IMG/VR virus record: IMGVR_UViG_3300043418_000072
Span: 231,362-295,361 of that record
Origin: a virus
Length of the DNA: 64,000 nucleotides
Direction: 5' to 3' (one strand)
Shown: positions 9,117 through 18,274 of the stretch, piece by piece
Layout: each line of letters begins with the position of its first letter
Position numbering within the stretch: the stretch's first letter is position 1
Position numbers and translations under genes: made by a program
Notes under the pieces: generated by a model
The model's database searches: none
What the model saw: the letters and a program-made list of their open reading frames with translations, nothing else
What the model was told of the DNA's origin: nothing

Positions 9117-10235
9117 TTACTTGTTAAAATGCGCTGCGCCGAACTGCCCACGATTTACAATTTTAACCAGGCCATTTGGGCTCGGAAATACAAATCCTTC
9201 GCCACCGGGTTGGCCACCACTAAACTGTTCTAGTCCCTTAACTTGAGATTCAAGCTGTTGACTTAGGTTAACTTTAAACGCATAGATTGCGTTCCATATT
9301 GCTTTAAGGCCTATGTAACCTGGACTTTCGTCTAGGCCGCCTTCTGCATTTTGTGCATACAACGCACCAGGAGTTTCCTGATCGCCTACTAGGATTTGAA
9401 ACTGCTTTCCGCTAGCTTTTGCTTTCAAGAACTCAACAAGATCCCTGCCTTCGGGCTGGTTAGTAATGCGCTTGTTAAAGAATTGCTGTAGCAGAGCTTT
9501 TGCTGTTCCAGACTGTGTAGCAAGGAACTGGTCCACAATCGGGCCCCACTTTTTGATTGCTGCATCTGCTGCTTTAGAAAGCTGCACAGGTTCTTTGAGG
9601 CTAAACTTAATGCCTAAAGTAGGGTTAATAATAGCCACACCGCCTGGAATATTACGCAAACCGTTGCCGTTCCATGGCGTTTTTGTACCACCAGGGGAAT
9701 CAGACTGTACGTGTACAACAATGCCTGCAATAGTTCTGTTAATTAAATGTCCTAGTTCACTTTCAATGGGAACACGGTACTCAACAGTTGGGCCCTTAAA
9801 CACAAAGCGTCCATGGATAGGAGTTAGTGGCTCGCTGTACATTAGGTCACCGAAGAACCATCCTGGCCCAACAACTGCTTTATCTAATGCAGGCCACATT
9901 TGTGCTAGCTTTGCATATAAGTCATCACGAGTTGTTCCCGACTTCTTTTGTAAATCGTATTCACGCCATTGCTCGGGGCTAGTTGCTAGAACACCTTTGT
10001 CTGGCATGTACTTGTCAGTTACTACTAACTGTCCTTGTTCATTGCGACCGAACCACAATGCAATACCACCATCCCATTTAATACTCATATTACCAGCTTG
10101 GGCAATAGCACCCCTAAGTCCTGCAAGAGCTCGTGCAGCATCTGCACTGCCATTGGGTCCAAAGATAGCATCCTCTGGATGGGGAATACGTGGATCTGCT
10201 GCTTCAGTCAGCATGTTAATAAAGCTGAATTTCAT
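9117..10235 (-). CDS. hypothetical virion-module protein
   Basis: 372 aa; its start overlaps the stop of the upstream gene (translationally coupled). Confidence 0.45.
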   Translation of the reverse strand: MKFSFINMLTEAADPRIPHPEDAIFGPNGSADAARALAGLRGAIAQAGNMSIKWDGGIALWFGRNEQGQLVVTDKYMPDKGVLATSPEQWREYDLQKKSGTTRDDLYAKLAQMWPALDKAVVGPGWFFGDLMYSEPLTPIHGRFVFKGPTVEYRVPIESELGHLINRTIAGIVVHVQSDSPGGTKTPWNGNGLRNIPGGVAIINPTLGIKFSLKEPVQLSKAADAAIKKWGPIVDQFLATQSGTAKALLQQFFNKRITNQPEGRDLVEFLKAKASGKQFQILVGDQETPGALYAQNAEGGLDESPGYIGLKAIWNAIYAFKVNLSQQLESQVKGLEQFSGGQPGGEGFVFPSPNGLVKIVNRGQFGAAHFNK

Positions 10236-11251
10236 TATGCGAATAGTCCTCTAACCATGTCAAGACCCTGCTGGATCTTTTGTCTGTCTTGTTCTGCTCT
10301 AGCAATAGCATCAGGTGTTTGTGCCTTGTCGCGTTTCTTGCCTGCGATATCAATCATGGCTTTTTCTTCGTAACGTTGCCAAAACTGCTGTATAAAATCC
10401 TGTGCGCTTGAGAAGTTAGCAAAATCGCCTTGTCCCATCATGCCACTGGCTTCTGCGCTGCGGGCAAATCCCTTAACGCCGTTAACTAGTTTAGCAATTT
10501 TAACATCATTTAAGTCGTTGCCTGGAAATTGCTTTAGCAATGAATCGATACGTGGTTGCACGCCTTGTTGTTGGGCTTCGTAGTTAAACAAATCTAGGAT
10601 ATAGGTGCTAGGGTTAGTTGTGATAGTAACAACTTGTGTGCCCTTTTGTTTACTAAACGGAACGTGTTGATTGTCAATAACCTTTAGCTGCACACCCGCA
10701 TGTTGAATACTAATATCCAACAGCTCGCCTAGCACACTAAACATGTTGCCAGTTAGCAAGCCCTTGACCCCACGCTCAGGAGTAACACGGGCTGCGCCCC
10801 ATTGCTCTAAACGCTCGGGATGCCACATAAAGTCAATCTGTACGTAATCGTTTGCGCCAATTTGGAAAATAGGGTGACCGGGTTTGCTTTCGCTTGTGTC
10901 CACATAAGGAGCATGACCTTCTTTAACAAACTGATCTGCTAGCTTGTTCCAGTTTCCTGTAAACTGTGCAAATGTTGCACCTTCAAACTCAGGTCCGATC
11001 ATTTGTAAGTCAATGTCTCCGTAGACCTTGTCTGGTTGTTCTGCTGTGTCTGCTTCGTGATGTGCGCTGCTACCTGTAGGGCGGCCTCTGCGTACAGGGC
11101 CCAATCCCTTAGGCTCTAGCCATTTGTTAAAGTCCATAACAAACTTGTCAACTACTGCTAGCGCAGGAGCAACAATTTTAGGATGTAGGACTGTGTTTTG
11201 TGTTAAGGTAGTGTCCCACCCACCTTCTCTTAGAATTTCAAAAATTTTCAT
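10235..11251 (-). CDS. hypothetical virion-module protein
   Basis: 338 aa; overlapping stop/start with its neighbours. Confidence 0.45.
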   Translation of the reverse strand: MKIFEILREGGWDTTLTQNTVLHPKIVAPALAVVDKFVMDFNKWLEPKGLGPVRRGRPTGSSAHHEADTAEQPDKVYGDIDLQMIGPEFEGATFAQFTGNWNKLADQFVKEGHAPYVDTSESKPGHPIFQIGANDYVQIDFMWHPERLEQWGAARVTPERGVKGLLTGNMFSVLGELLDISIQHAGVQLKVIDNQHVPFSKQKGTQVVTITTNPSTYILDLFNYEAQQQGVQPRIDSLLKQFPGNDLNDVKIAKLVNGVKGFARSAEASGMMGQGDFANFSSAQDFIQQFWQRYEEKAMIDIAGKKRDKAQTPDAIARAEQDRQKIQQGLDMVRGLFA

Positions 11252-12006
11252 AGTAAACTGCTATACTTTCTAAACCACGTTGCTGTACCAGGTGCAACGT
11301 CTTCGGGTAATGTTAGTAATCCCTTGGATTGGTCCTGTCTGGCTTGTGCTAGTTTACCTTCGCGATCTGGGTCGTTTGTTAGTGCGGCCATAATAGTGCC
11401 TACACTGTTTAAATCTGCTGCCTTTGCTTTGGGATTAAGCAAAACTTTTGCGGCAGCATCTCTATTGTTTGCTACCACTTCGTTATTGTCTCTGCGCAAT
11501 ACGTTGCCAGCAAAGGCATCTACTTTAAGCCCAAGATGCTTACCAATGCTGTTTAACAAAATAAAGATTTGCGCTGCTTTAAACTTGGGATCTTCGTAAC
11601 TGCCGCGTGGGCCATGCTGGTGCCAATCTGCTACACGGGTAGCATCTGGTATAACCATTAAGTCAACTTGAGCTGCACGATTGCCTGCTTCAGTTTTGTA
11701 AGGAACTTCAATATGCACGTTGCGACCTGAGATTTTGGCCTTGTAGCCTTTAGCCATCATAAACTCTGCTAGAGCTACTTTAGCTGCCTTCTCATCTGCT
11801 GCACCAAACTTCTTCATTACAGTCTCTGCATCTAAAAACAAGTCCATGTCACCTGCTGATACTTTGAAGCCTGCTGAGCCAATGTCAGCAATGGCCTTTA
11901 GCCCAGCAGGTAGGTCTGCTTGTACATGGGCAATGATGCCCTGTACTGCCTCTTTGGGAATGTCGCCATCCCCGAAAATGTTTCCACCTTCGTACAAATG
12001 CATCAT
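11248..12006 (-). CDS. hypothetical virion-module protein
   Basis: 252 aa; overlapping stop/start with its neighbours. Confidence 0.45.
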   Translation of the reverse strand: MMHLYEGGNIFGDGDIPKEAVQGIIAHVQADLPAGLKAIADIGSAGFKVSAGDMDLFLDAETVMKKFGAADEKAAKVALAEFMMAKGYKAKISGRNVHIEVPYKTEAGNRAAQVDLMVIPDATRVADWHQHGPRGSYEDPKFKAAQIFILLNSIGKHLGLKVDAFAGNVLRRDNNEVVANNRDAAAKVLLNPKAKAADLNSVGTIMAALTNDPDREGKLAQARQDQSKGLLTLPEDVAPGTATWFRKYSSLL

Positions 12007-14429
12007 TTGATTCTCTTCATTTTACGCCATAGTGTTTCGGCTATGTCAATTTTGCTTTCAGCCATTGCTGGTTGTGCTGCTGCTGCGGCTTGTACTTTCT
12101 TGTTGTAAGCGTCCACTTCGGCAGGGGTTGCACCACCCGAAACAACCTTAGGTTGCTTTGGTTGCGCTGGTGTTGCTGGCTTAGCTGCTGTAGGAGTTGT
12201 GTTTACAGTAGTTGTAGTCTTACCGTAGCCGCCCATTTGCTGACCAAAGTTTGGTGCTGCTTTAGGAGCTGCTGGTTTAATTCCGGCCATCTTAGCTGCT
12301 GACGCATAATCAAATCCAGTTGATCCAGTTACCGGGGTTGGCTTTGCTGCTGGAGCAGTTGTGGTAGGAGCGGGTGTAGCTTGCGCTGTTGCTGCCGGAG
12401 CAGGTGTAGCTTGCGCTGTTGCTGCCGGAGCAGGTGTGGCTGCTGGCTGTTGTGCTGCTGCATATTGCGAACGTAAATTGTTCATCGCTGCGCCTGCTGT
12501 TTTAGATGCATCTGCAGGTGGTGCTTTTGCTCCGCCGGTGCTTGCTGCATTGTACGAGTCAACTGCTTGACCTGCTTGCTGTGCGCCAGCGCCTTTTAGC
12601 AAACTAGATAAGAATCCGCCCTTTGTGGCGTTTGCGGCCTGTGACGATTTGTCAAGCGGGATATTCATGTCGGCGAATACGCTGTTAATTAAGTTATCCT
12701 TGACACCTTGGTCTTTAAGAAACTTAACTAGGTCTTCGCTGTTTACAGTCGGGGCTGCTGCTAACTTTGCGCCACGACGCCAATTCATGTCTAGCTTATC
12801 GTAAGTGATATTGTTAGTTGCTGCGTCTGCGCCAGCTGCGGCAATACGTTTTAGCGGTGCTGTTGCTTTACCAATTGCTGCGCCAGCTTGTTGGTTAAAC
12901 GACTTTAGCTTATCTAATGCACCTTCGTTTAAACTTGCTTTAGCGATTGCACGGAAAATAGCTTTACGACCAGATTCTGTAATCTGTACGCCACCACGTG
13001 CTTTGCCCATACCTTCGCGTAAGACCCACATACGGATAGTCATGTCACGATCAATGTAGCTTTCACGTAAACGGATACCGTTTGCTGCGGCTCTGTTTAA
13101 ACGATCAATGTAGGCATTACTAGTTGGTACATAGTTTCCTTGGGCACCTTGTTGAGTTGCGTAATCTGCGTCTACTTTATCCTGCACCGTTTTGTTTAAT
13201 TCAACTTGGTTGCGGGCTTGCTGTGCAAAATCTGTAGACGGTTCTGCAACTGGTGTTGCGGCTTGCTGTGCTGCGCTTATGTTTGATGTTCGACCACTTA
13301 ATTCGTCGGCTTGTGCTTGCGGCATTGTGCTAGACGCAGTTGGTCCACCTGCGCCAACCCCATTGGCATAAACATTACTGCCAGTCTCTGCAGGGATATT
13401 GATATTTTGTCCTACTGCAATCTTGTGTACATCAGTGATCTCTGGGTTAGCAGCTTGTAATTCTTCTACTGATACACCATTGGCTTTGGCAATCTGACTC
13501 AGTGACTCACCTTTTGTTACAGTGTGTTGAATTACTTCGCCTGCATCAACTCCGCCCATGTCTACACTACCAGCGCCAGTTGGCTGTAAGCTATTGCTAA
13601 CCGAAATATCTTGTAACTGCGCTGCTGGCATTCCAGTAGCTTGCTCAATTGCTGTTTTACCCGCTTCATCTGCATCAAGCCACTGCTGTGCTGCATCTAC
13701 ATCTGCTTGTGCGTTCATTGCTGCATCGGCGTCAGGTAATTGTAAATCTTGGCTTGCTTCTGGCTCAGCTGCTGCATCCGGCTCTGTAGTTGCTGCATCT
13801 GGTGCATCGGCTAATAAGTCTTTTGCCACGTGCATAGCTGCTACAGTTCCGCCTGTTGCTAATGCGCTACCAACTGCGCTAGAGAATTTGTTACCTTGCA
13901 ACATTTTGTTAGCAAATGTTAATCCTGCTGCGATACCAACTGGGCCAAGGCCCGAACCTGCTAAACCCGCAAGACCAACTACGATTGCTTTAATAGCAAG
14001 AGCCATGCCCGGTACTTTACTTAATTCACGGTACCAATCAAGCGCCTGTTGCACCTTGCCTGCGTCGCCGCCTGCTGCTGACATAATTTCTTTTTGCGCT
14101 TGGTCGATCATTGCATCTAAGCCAGCAACTGGTCCAGAATTACCAATCCAGTTACCAACGTCTTTAAATGCAGAAGATACTTTACCAGCAACGTCAACGC
14201 CTTTACCTAATAGGGTACGGTTGCTTGCTTGATCGTCTGTAGAGAATTCTGTGTTTGCACCTGCTGCTGCGCCGTCGGCTACACGCTGAAATGCTTGTTT
14301 GACTTGATCTTGTGTTAGGTCTGCTTCTTTAAGCAAGCGACCGAGATTGTACAATTTCTTGTAATTTGGATCTTCAATTAATCGTTGCTTTGCTCTTACA
14401 TTTTCCGATAGGATGCTGTTAATTCTCAT
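12003..14429 (-). CDS. Large LysM-domain virion protein with Ala/Pro/Thr-rich tandem repeats (tape-measure / internal virion protein-like)
   Basis: 808 aa; the LysM signature is VTKGESLSQIAKANGVSVEELQAANPEITDVHKIAVGQNINIP; long Ala/Gly-rich segments; an in-frame tandem QATPAPAATA repeat lies at about 12360-12440. Confidence 0.55.
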   Translation of the reverse strand: MRINSILSENVRAKQRLIEDPNYKKLYNLGRLLKEADLTQDQVKQAFQRVADGAAAGANTEFSTDDQASNRTLLGKGVDVAGKVSSAFKDVGNWIGNSGPVAGLDAMIDQAQKEIMSAAGGDAGKVQQALDWYRELSKVPGMALAIKAIVVGLAGLAGSGLGPVGIAAGLTFANKMLQGNKFSSAVGSALATGGTVAAMHVAKDLLADAPDAATTEPDAAAEPEASQDLQLPDADAAMNAQADVDAAQQWLDADEAGKTAIEQATGMPAAQLQDISVSNSLQPTGAGSVDMGGVDAGEVIQHTVTKGESLSQIAKANGVSVEELQAANPEITDVHKIAVGQNINIPAETGSNVYANGVGAGGPTASSTMPQAQADELSGRTSNISAAQQAATPVAEPSTDFAQQARNQVELNKTVQDKVDADYATQQGAQGNYVPTSNAYIDRLNRAAANGIRLRESYIDRDMTIRMWVLREGMGKARGGVQITESGRKAIFRAIAKASLNEGALDKLKSFNQQAGAAIGKATAPLKRIAAAGADAATNNITYDKLDMNWRRGAKLAAAPTVNSEDLVKFLKDQGVKDNLINSVFADMNIPLDKSSQAANATKGGFLSSLLKGAGAQQAGQAVDSYNAASTGGAKAPPADASKTAGAAMNNLRSQYAAAQQPAATPAPAATAQATPAPAATAQATPAPTTTAPAAKPTPVTGSTGFDYASAAKMAGIKPAAPKAAPNFGQQMGGYGKTTTTVNTTPTAAKPATPAQPKQPKVVSGGATPAEVDAYNKKVQAAAAAQPAMAESKIDIAETLWRKMKRIK

Positions 14430-14682
14430 TGTTTCTTAGTCTCCGTACACCACGTGTGAATTTTTGTGGATCCTGCGAACGGATACTGTTTAGAAGCCTA
14501 CGCTCAAGTTCAGCAGATGTCTCAGCATCATAATTTTCCTTGATATAGTTTACTAAATTGATAGCACTAGCGATCACATTATTAGCACGGCTTTCAATAA
14601 GGCTTTCTTTGTCCTTTTGTGCACCGATACTAGCAAGTTCGTCTAGGATACTACGAGTACGTTTTTGCAAGATTTGCTCCAA
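14419..14682 (-). CDS. hypothetical protein
   Basis: 87-aa ORF. Confidence 0.35.
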   Translation of the reverse strand: MEQILQKRTRSILDELASIGAQKDKESLIESRANNVIASAINLVNYIKENYDAETSAELERRLLNSIRSQDPQKFTRGVRRLRNNEN

Positions 14683-14724
14683 TTTAGTATATTTAGTTGG
14701 CGAATCGCCAACTAACGAAGTTGA

Positions 14725-16170
14725 TTATTCTTTGTTGCTTTTAAGCCCAGCTAACATCTGCTTTAGCTTGTTGCTTTGTACTTCGCCTGTTACCTTGGGG
14801 CCTTGTTCCCACGCTGGAGTTCCTGTTGCACGTTTAAACTCAGTGGGGCCTTCGTCATCATCGGACGCTGCTGGTTTGTTCTTAATCTGATTCATAATGC
14901 CAGCAAGTCTAGGTGGGCCGCCATTGCCACTGCTTTCGTCAATGCCTGGGTCAGTGATACGCATAGTTTCAATGTTGTACTCAAGATCGATCTTTTGCCC
15001 GACACCTGTAGAACTACGTGACTTCATACACTGTATTTGATACTTGCCACGTTCTTTCATAGCACGACTAGTAAAGATACCAAACACGTTGTCAGCCGTG
15101 TTAATCTTAGAGATACCGCCAGCAATGTGACTGTGATCAAATTCAACTTCTTCAACCGCACTACGGTTCAACTGCGATGCTGTAACTAACAAGATACCCA
15201 GTTCCTTTGCCAAGTTACGCAACTCTTCTGCTACATACTTGTCTTTAATAAACTGGTCGTTAGGGTTAACTTTAACTGATACCGGCATAACCAAGTCAAG
15301 GTAGTCAACCATTACAAAGTCAACTTTGATGCCTGTTTGTAATTGCACTTCCTTTAGGTAAGCACGAATGTCGTTAACGTTACTCTGCGCTGGTAATGCC
15401 TTAATGCGATACTGCCCAGACTTTTTGCTAACCAGCTTAACTTTAAGTGTTGTGGTATCAATGTCCTTGCGAATGTCTTTTGTGCCCATGCCAGTTAACA
15501 TAGCATCAGTACGCAATGATGTAAGTTCTTCGCTCAATTCTAGCGTAACATATACACCACTTAGTCCTGCTTGCAACCAGCTTAGGGCAATGTTCATCAT
15601 AACAAGAGATTTGCCCGAGCCAGATCCGCCTGCAAAGATGTTTAGTTCGCCTCGGCTAAATCCGCCGTACAATAGTCGATCCAGTTGCGGCCATCCAGTA
15701 CTTACTTGTCCGCCACTGTTGTAATATTTGTTAATACGACCTGCTGGGTCAGCAAAGTAATCTGTACCCATGTCTTTTTGCAAACTGATCTGCACTGCAT
15801 CCTTGATCAGTTTCTCTACAGGATCAAAGTCTCCTGCCTCAAGCATGTCCGCTGCTTTAAGGATAGCACGTTCTAGTTCTTGGCGCTTAGTAAATTGTTC
15901 AAACTCAGTCAGGAACCATTCAGTATGCCCTTCGCCTACGTCAGGAATCGCCTTGAGTTCTACTCCAGTAACTGCTTTAATCTGGTCATAGCCTGGTAAT
16001 GTTTTAAAGTCATTACTGTGTGTCTTGATAAATTCTGCTGCTGCTCTAATGCTACGATCAAAGTTGTCAGGATTGTAAATATTTGCTACCCGCACATACG
16101 ATTGTGCATCCTGTAACATCATTTCTAAAAATAGTTTTTGTAAATCGGTACTGTATTCTTTTGTTGCCAT
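14725..16170 (-). CDS. DnaB-like replicative DNA helicase (T7 gp4 helicase-domain type)
   Basis: 481 aa; Walker A GGSGSGKS within GELNIFAGGSGSGKSLVMMNIALSW, and a RecA-fold layout typical of the DnaB family. Confidence 0.8.
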   Translation of the reverse strand: MATKEYSTDLQKLFLEMMLQDAQSYVRVANIYNPDNFDRSIRAAAEFIKTHSNDFKTLPGYDQIKAVTGVELKAIPDVGEGHTEWFLTEFEQFTKRQELERAILKAADMLEAGDFDPVEKLIKDAVQISLQKDMGTDYFADPAGRINKYYNSGGQVSTGWPQLDRLLYGGFSRGELNIFAGGSGSGKSLVMMNIALSWLQAGLSGVYVTLELSEELTSLRTDAMLTGMGTKDIRKDIDTTTLKVKLVSKKSGQYRIKALPAQSNVNDIRAYLKEVQLQTGIKVDFVMVDYLDLVMPVSVKVNPNDQFIKDKYVAEELRNLAKELGILLVTASQLNRSAVEEVEFDHSHIAGGISKINTADNVFGIFTSRAMKERGKYQIQCMKSRSSTGVGQKIDLEYNIETMRITDPGIDESSGNGGPPRLAGIMNQIKNKPAASDDDEGPTEFKRATGTPAWEQGPKVTGEVQSNKLKQMLAGLKSNKE

Positions 16171-16182
16171 GTAATTTTCCTG

Positions 16183-17241
16183 TTAGCTATTATATATGCG
16201 GCGCTTCATAAGCTCAATCTTTAATCTGCTCGTTTGCTTGCCCTCTAAGATACTCTTCATAGTAAATAGCTTGCCGTATGATTCAACTGCATTTGCAGTG
16301 TCTTTAACCAGTTCTCGCCAGACTGGGAAACTAACAGACCAGCCATATTCAATTGCTTGGTCTACTAACTTTTCTCCAGCCCACACCATCTTGCCCTTAA
16401 CCTCTTTAATGTCAAAGTCTGGAACTACAATAGCTTCGCGACCAAGAGATTCGATAATGTCTGCTTGAGTCTCATTACATTCGGAGCCCAGAATAGCAAC
16501 ACCGTCAACAGACATCGCATCAAACGGACCTTCCATAACAAGAACAAACTTGCTAGTATCCAGCTGCTCATCCATATTAAAGACAAAATTAGGCTCATGG
16601 TGGTTGTGGTACTTGGGCTTAACGTTGTTGTCCCATGTTCTTGCTGTGTATCCAATTATCTGTCCTTTCCACTTAAATGGAACAATTACACGTTTGTGCA
16701 AATTGTATGCTTCGTTCTCTGTAGTGTAGAAATCGTACCTGCTGTAATCAATTTTACGATTGTAAATGTAGTTAAATGCACTAGCAAATTGTGGATGCAC
16801 AGGCTCATCGTCGTCTTGCAAACGCAGGAATGTCTCCCACTCCTTGAAACTCACTGCATCCTCTGGTAGTGCCCGTACCTTAAAAGAAACTTCTTCTCGC
16901 TCTTCTTTAATAGTCTCGGGTGCAACCAGATCTTTAACTCGTAGTGCGTCAATAACCAAACGCTTTACTTCGTTCTCGCTTGCACCGAGCCAACCCAATA
17001 GCTTACGAAATTTATAGTTTAAGTGGCGACCCGGTGTGTAGTTGGCTTTGAACCCACAGTTAAAACAGTGATAGCTAGTACCGCCATCTGCGTTCATTAC
17101 AAGGCCGCCTCTGCCCCGTGTGTCTGCGCTTTCGCCATTGTGAGTGCAACACACGCCGTTGAAACTGATCCAGCCATTGGAACTGGTTTTCTTTTTAGCA
17201 GGAAGTATTTGACGCACTGCGTCTTGGATGGTATTAAACAT
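16183..17241 (-). CDS. DNA primase (zinc-ribbon + TOPRIM, T7 gp4 primase-like)
   Basis: 352 aa; zinc-binding CCTHNG...HCFNCG; TOPRIM acidic motif VLVMEGPFDAMSVDG; it sits immediately upstream of the helicase. Confidence 0.7.
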   Translation of the reverse strand: MFNTIQDAVRQILPAKKKTSSNGWISFNGVCCTHNGESADTRGRGGLVMNADGGTSYHCFNCGFKANYTPGRHLNYKFRKLLGWLGASENEVKRLVIDALRVKDLVAPETIKEEREEVSFKVRALPEDAVSFKEWETFLRLQDDDEPVHPQFASAFNYIYNRKIDYSRYDFYTTENEAYNLHKRVIVPFKWKGQIIGYTARTWDNNVKPKYHNHHEPNFVFNMDEQLDTSKFVLVMEGPFDAMSVDGVAILGSECNETQADIIESLGREAIVVPDFDIKEVKGKMVWAGEKLVDQAIEYGWSVSFPVWRELVKDTANAVESYGKLFTMKSILEGKQTSRLKIELMKRRIYNS

Positions 17242-18227
17242 TATCGTTGATCTTCTAAGTTAGCTGCTTCAATTTGCGCCAACTGTTCTCGCTCTACATC
17301 ACTAACAGTAATATTGCTGCCATCTTTTGTGGGCAAGACATTGCCTTGCACTGACCAGCATTTGGGTCGATCTAGGTTACAAAACAACCACACAAGGCGT
17401 TCAGCCGTTTCCCCAATCACTGCTCTTACTGCATCTCTATCGGATGTACTTGAGTATGTAAAGATACTAGTGCCATATACACTGTGGAACAATCCTGCTA
17501 GGCATACATCAATGTTTTGCTTTTTGTTTTGCAGAATCTGATACGTGCCCATTAAATGACTTTTTAGTGTGCCTTTGGCGTGCTGTGTTTTATCTGCGCC
17601 AATTTGATTAAGCAAGGCTGTGTATTTTGCTTCAATGATATCTGGTGCAGAATCTAAACGTATCTTGTATACTAACACTTCTCTCAGCTCATTGCAAGTC
17701 TTACTAACAGGTCTGGCTGCATGTAATTGGTTGCAGGGGAATTTCACAATGCGCCTAAATCTTGGTATTACTGACTGCTGGATATCTTTACCCTCTATAT
17801 CAAGGATAACGGTTTCTCCTGCCCAGTTCATTTGCCATTCTCTATTGAGATAGAGCATGACTGTGTATTCCCCATCTCGGTTGCTGTCTGTGTGCATTGC
17901 ACCTTCGGTGCCAAACGTATATGCGTTTACGTAACATCGTAACAGTTTACATGGCTCTACAATAATGTCACGTTTGATAACGTCCCAAACTTGTGATTCT
18001 AATTCGTAGCCGGGCTTATTGTAAAACTTATGTGAAACGTCATCTACTCCGTTTAGTCCGCCATCAGCAATACCATGATGCCAATGGTTCAAGGAAGACT
18101 TGACGTTACCTGCCCAGTAGTAACTAAAACGAAATCGACGATACTTGTTCCATAATTCAATGGCTGTTGTATCGTCGATTGCTGAATCAAAAACTTTAAT
18201 CATATAGTAGTTTATACTAAATGACAA
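17241..18227 (-). CDS. 2OG-Fe(II) oxygenase, prolyl-4-hydroxylase-like
   Basis: 328 aa; HxD in AMHTDSN, the P4H-type YTVMLYLN motif and a distal His (QLHAARPV). Confidence 0.5.
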   Translation of the reverse strand: MSFSINYYMIKVFDSAIDDTTAIELWNKYRRFRFSYYWAGNVKSSLNHWHHGIADGGLNGVDDVSHKFYNKPGYELESQVWDVIKRDIIVEPCKLLRCYVNAYTFGTEGAMHTDSNRDGEYTVMLYLNREWQMNWAGETVILDIEGKDIQQSVIPRFRRIVKFPCNQLHAARPVSKTCNELREVLVYKIRLDSAPDIIEAKYTALLNQIGADKTQHAKGTLKSHLMGTYQILQNKKQNIDVCLAGLFHSVYGTSIFTYSSTSDRDAVRAVIGETAERLVWLFCNLDRPKCWSVQGNVLPTKDGSNITVSDVEREQLAQIEAANLEDQR

Positions 18228-18237
18228 CTTAAATCAA

Positions 18238-18265
18238 CAAAAAAGGACCAAAGTCCTTTTTGTTT
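18238..18265 (-). terminator. Rho-independent terminator downstream of tail fibre gene
   Basis: On the minus strand AAAAAAGGACCAAAGTCCTTTTTGTTTT forms a GGAC...GTCC hairpin plus a T-run. Confidence 0.65.
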
Positions 18266-18274
18266 TATGCCATA

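Noticed and set aside
9466-10254. 262-aa plus-strand ORF
   Set aside because: Antisense to the translationally coupled minus-strand virion-module genes; no promoter or ribosome-binding site.
12361-12570. Plus-strand ORF with GAGVACAVAA repeats
   Set aside because: It is the antisense reading of the in-frame tandem repeat inside the 808-aa minus-strand gene.
13558-14232. 224-aa plus-strand Ala/Ser-rich ORF
   Set aside because: Antisense shadow of the Ala-rich LysM protein gene.
14698-14714. Hairpin GTTGGCGAATCGCCAAC after helicase-region gene as a terminator
   Set aside because: Perfect inverted repeat but no following T-run on either strand; more likely a protein-binding palindrome or nothing.
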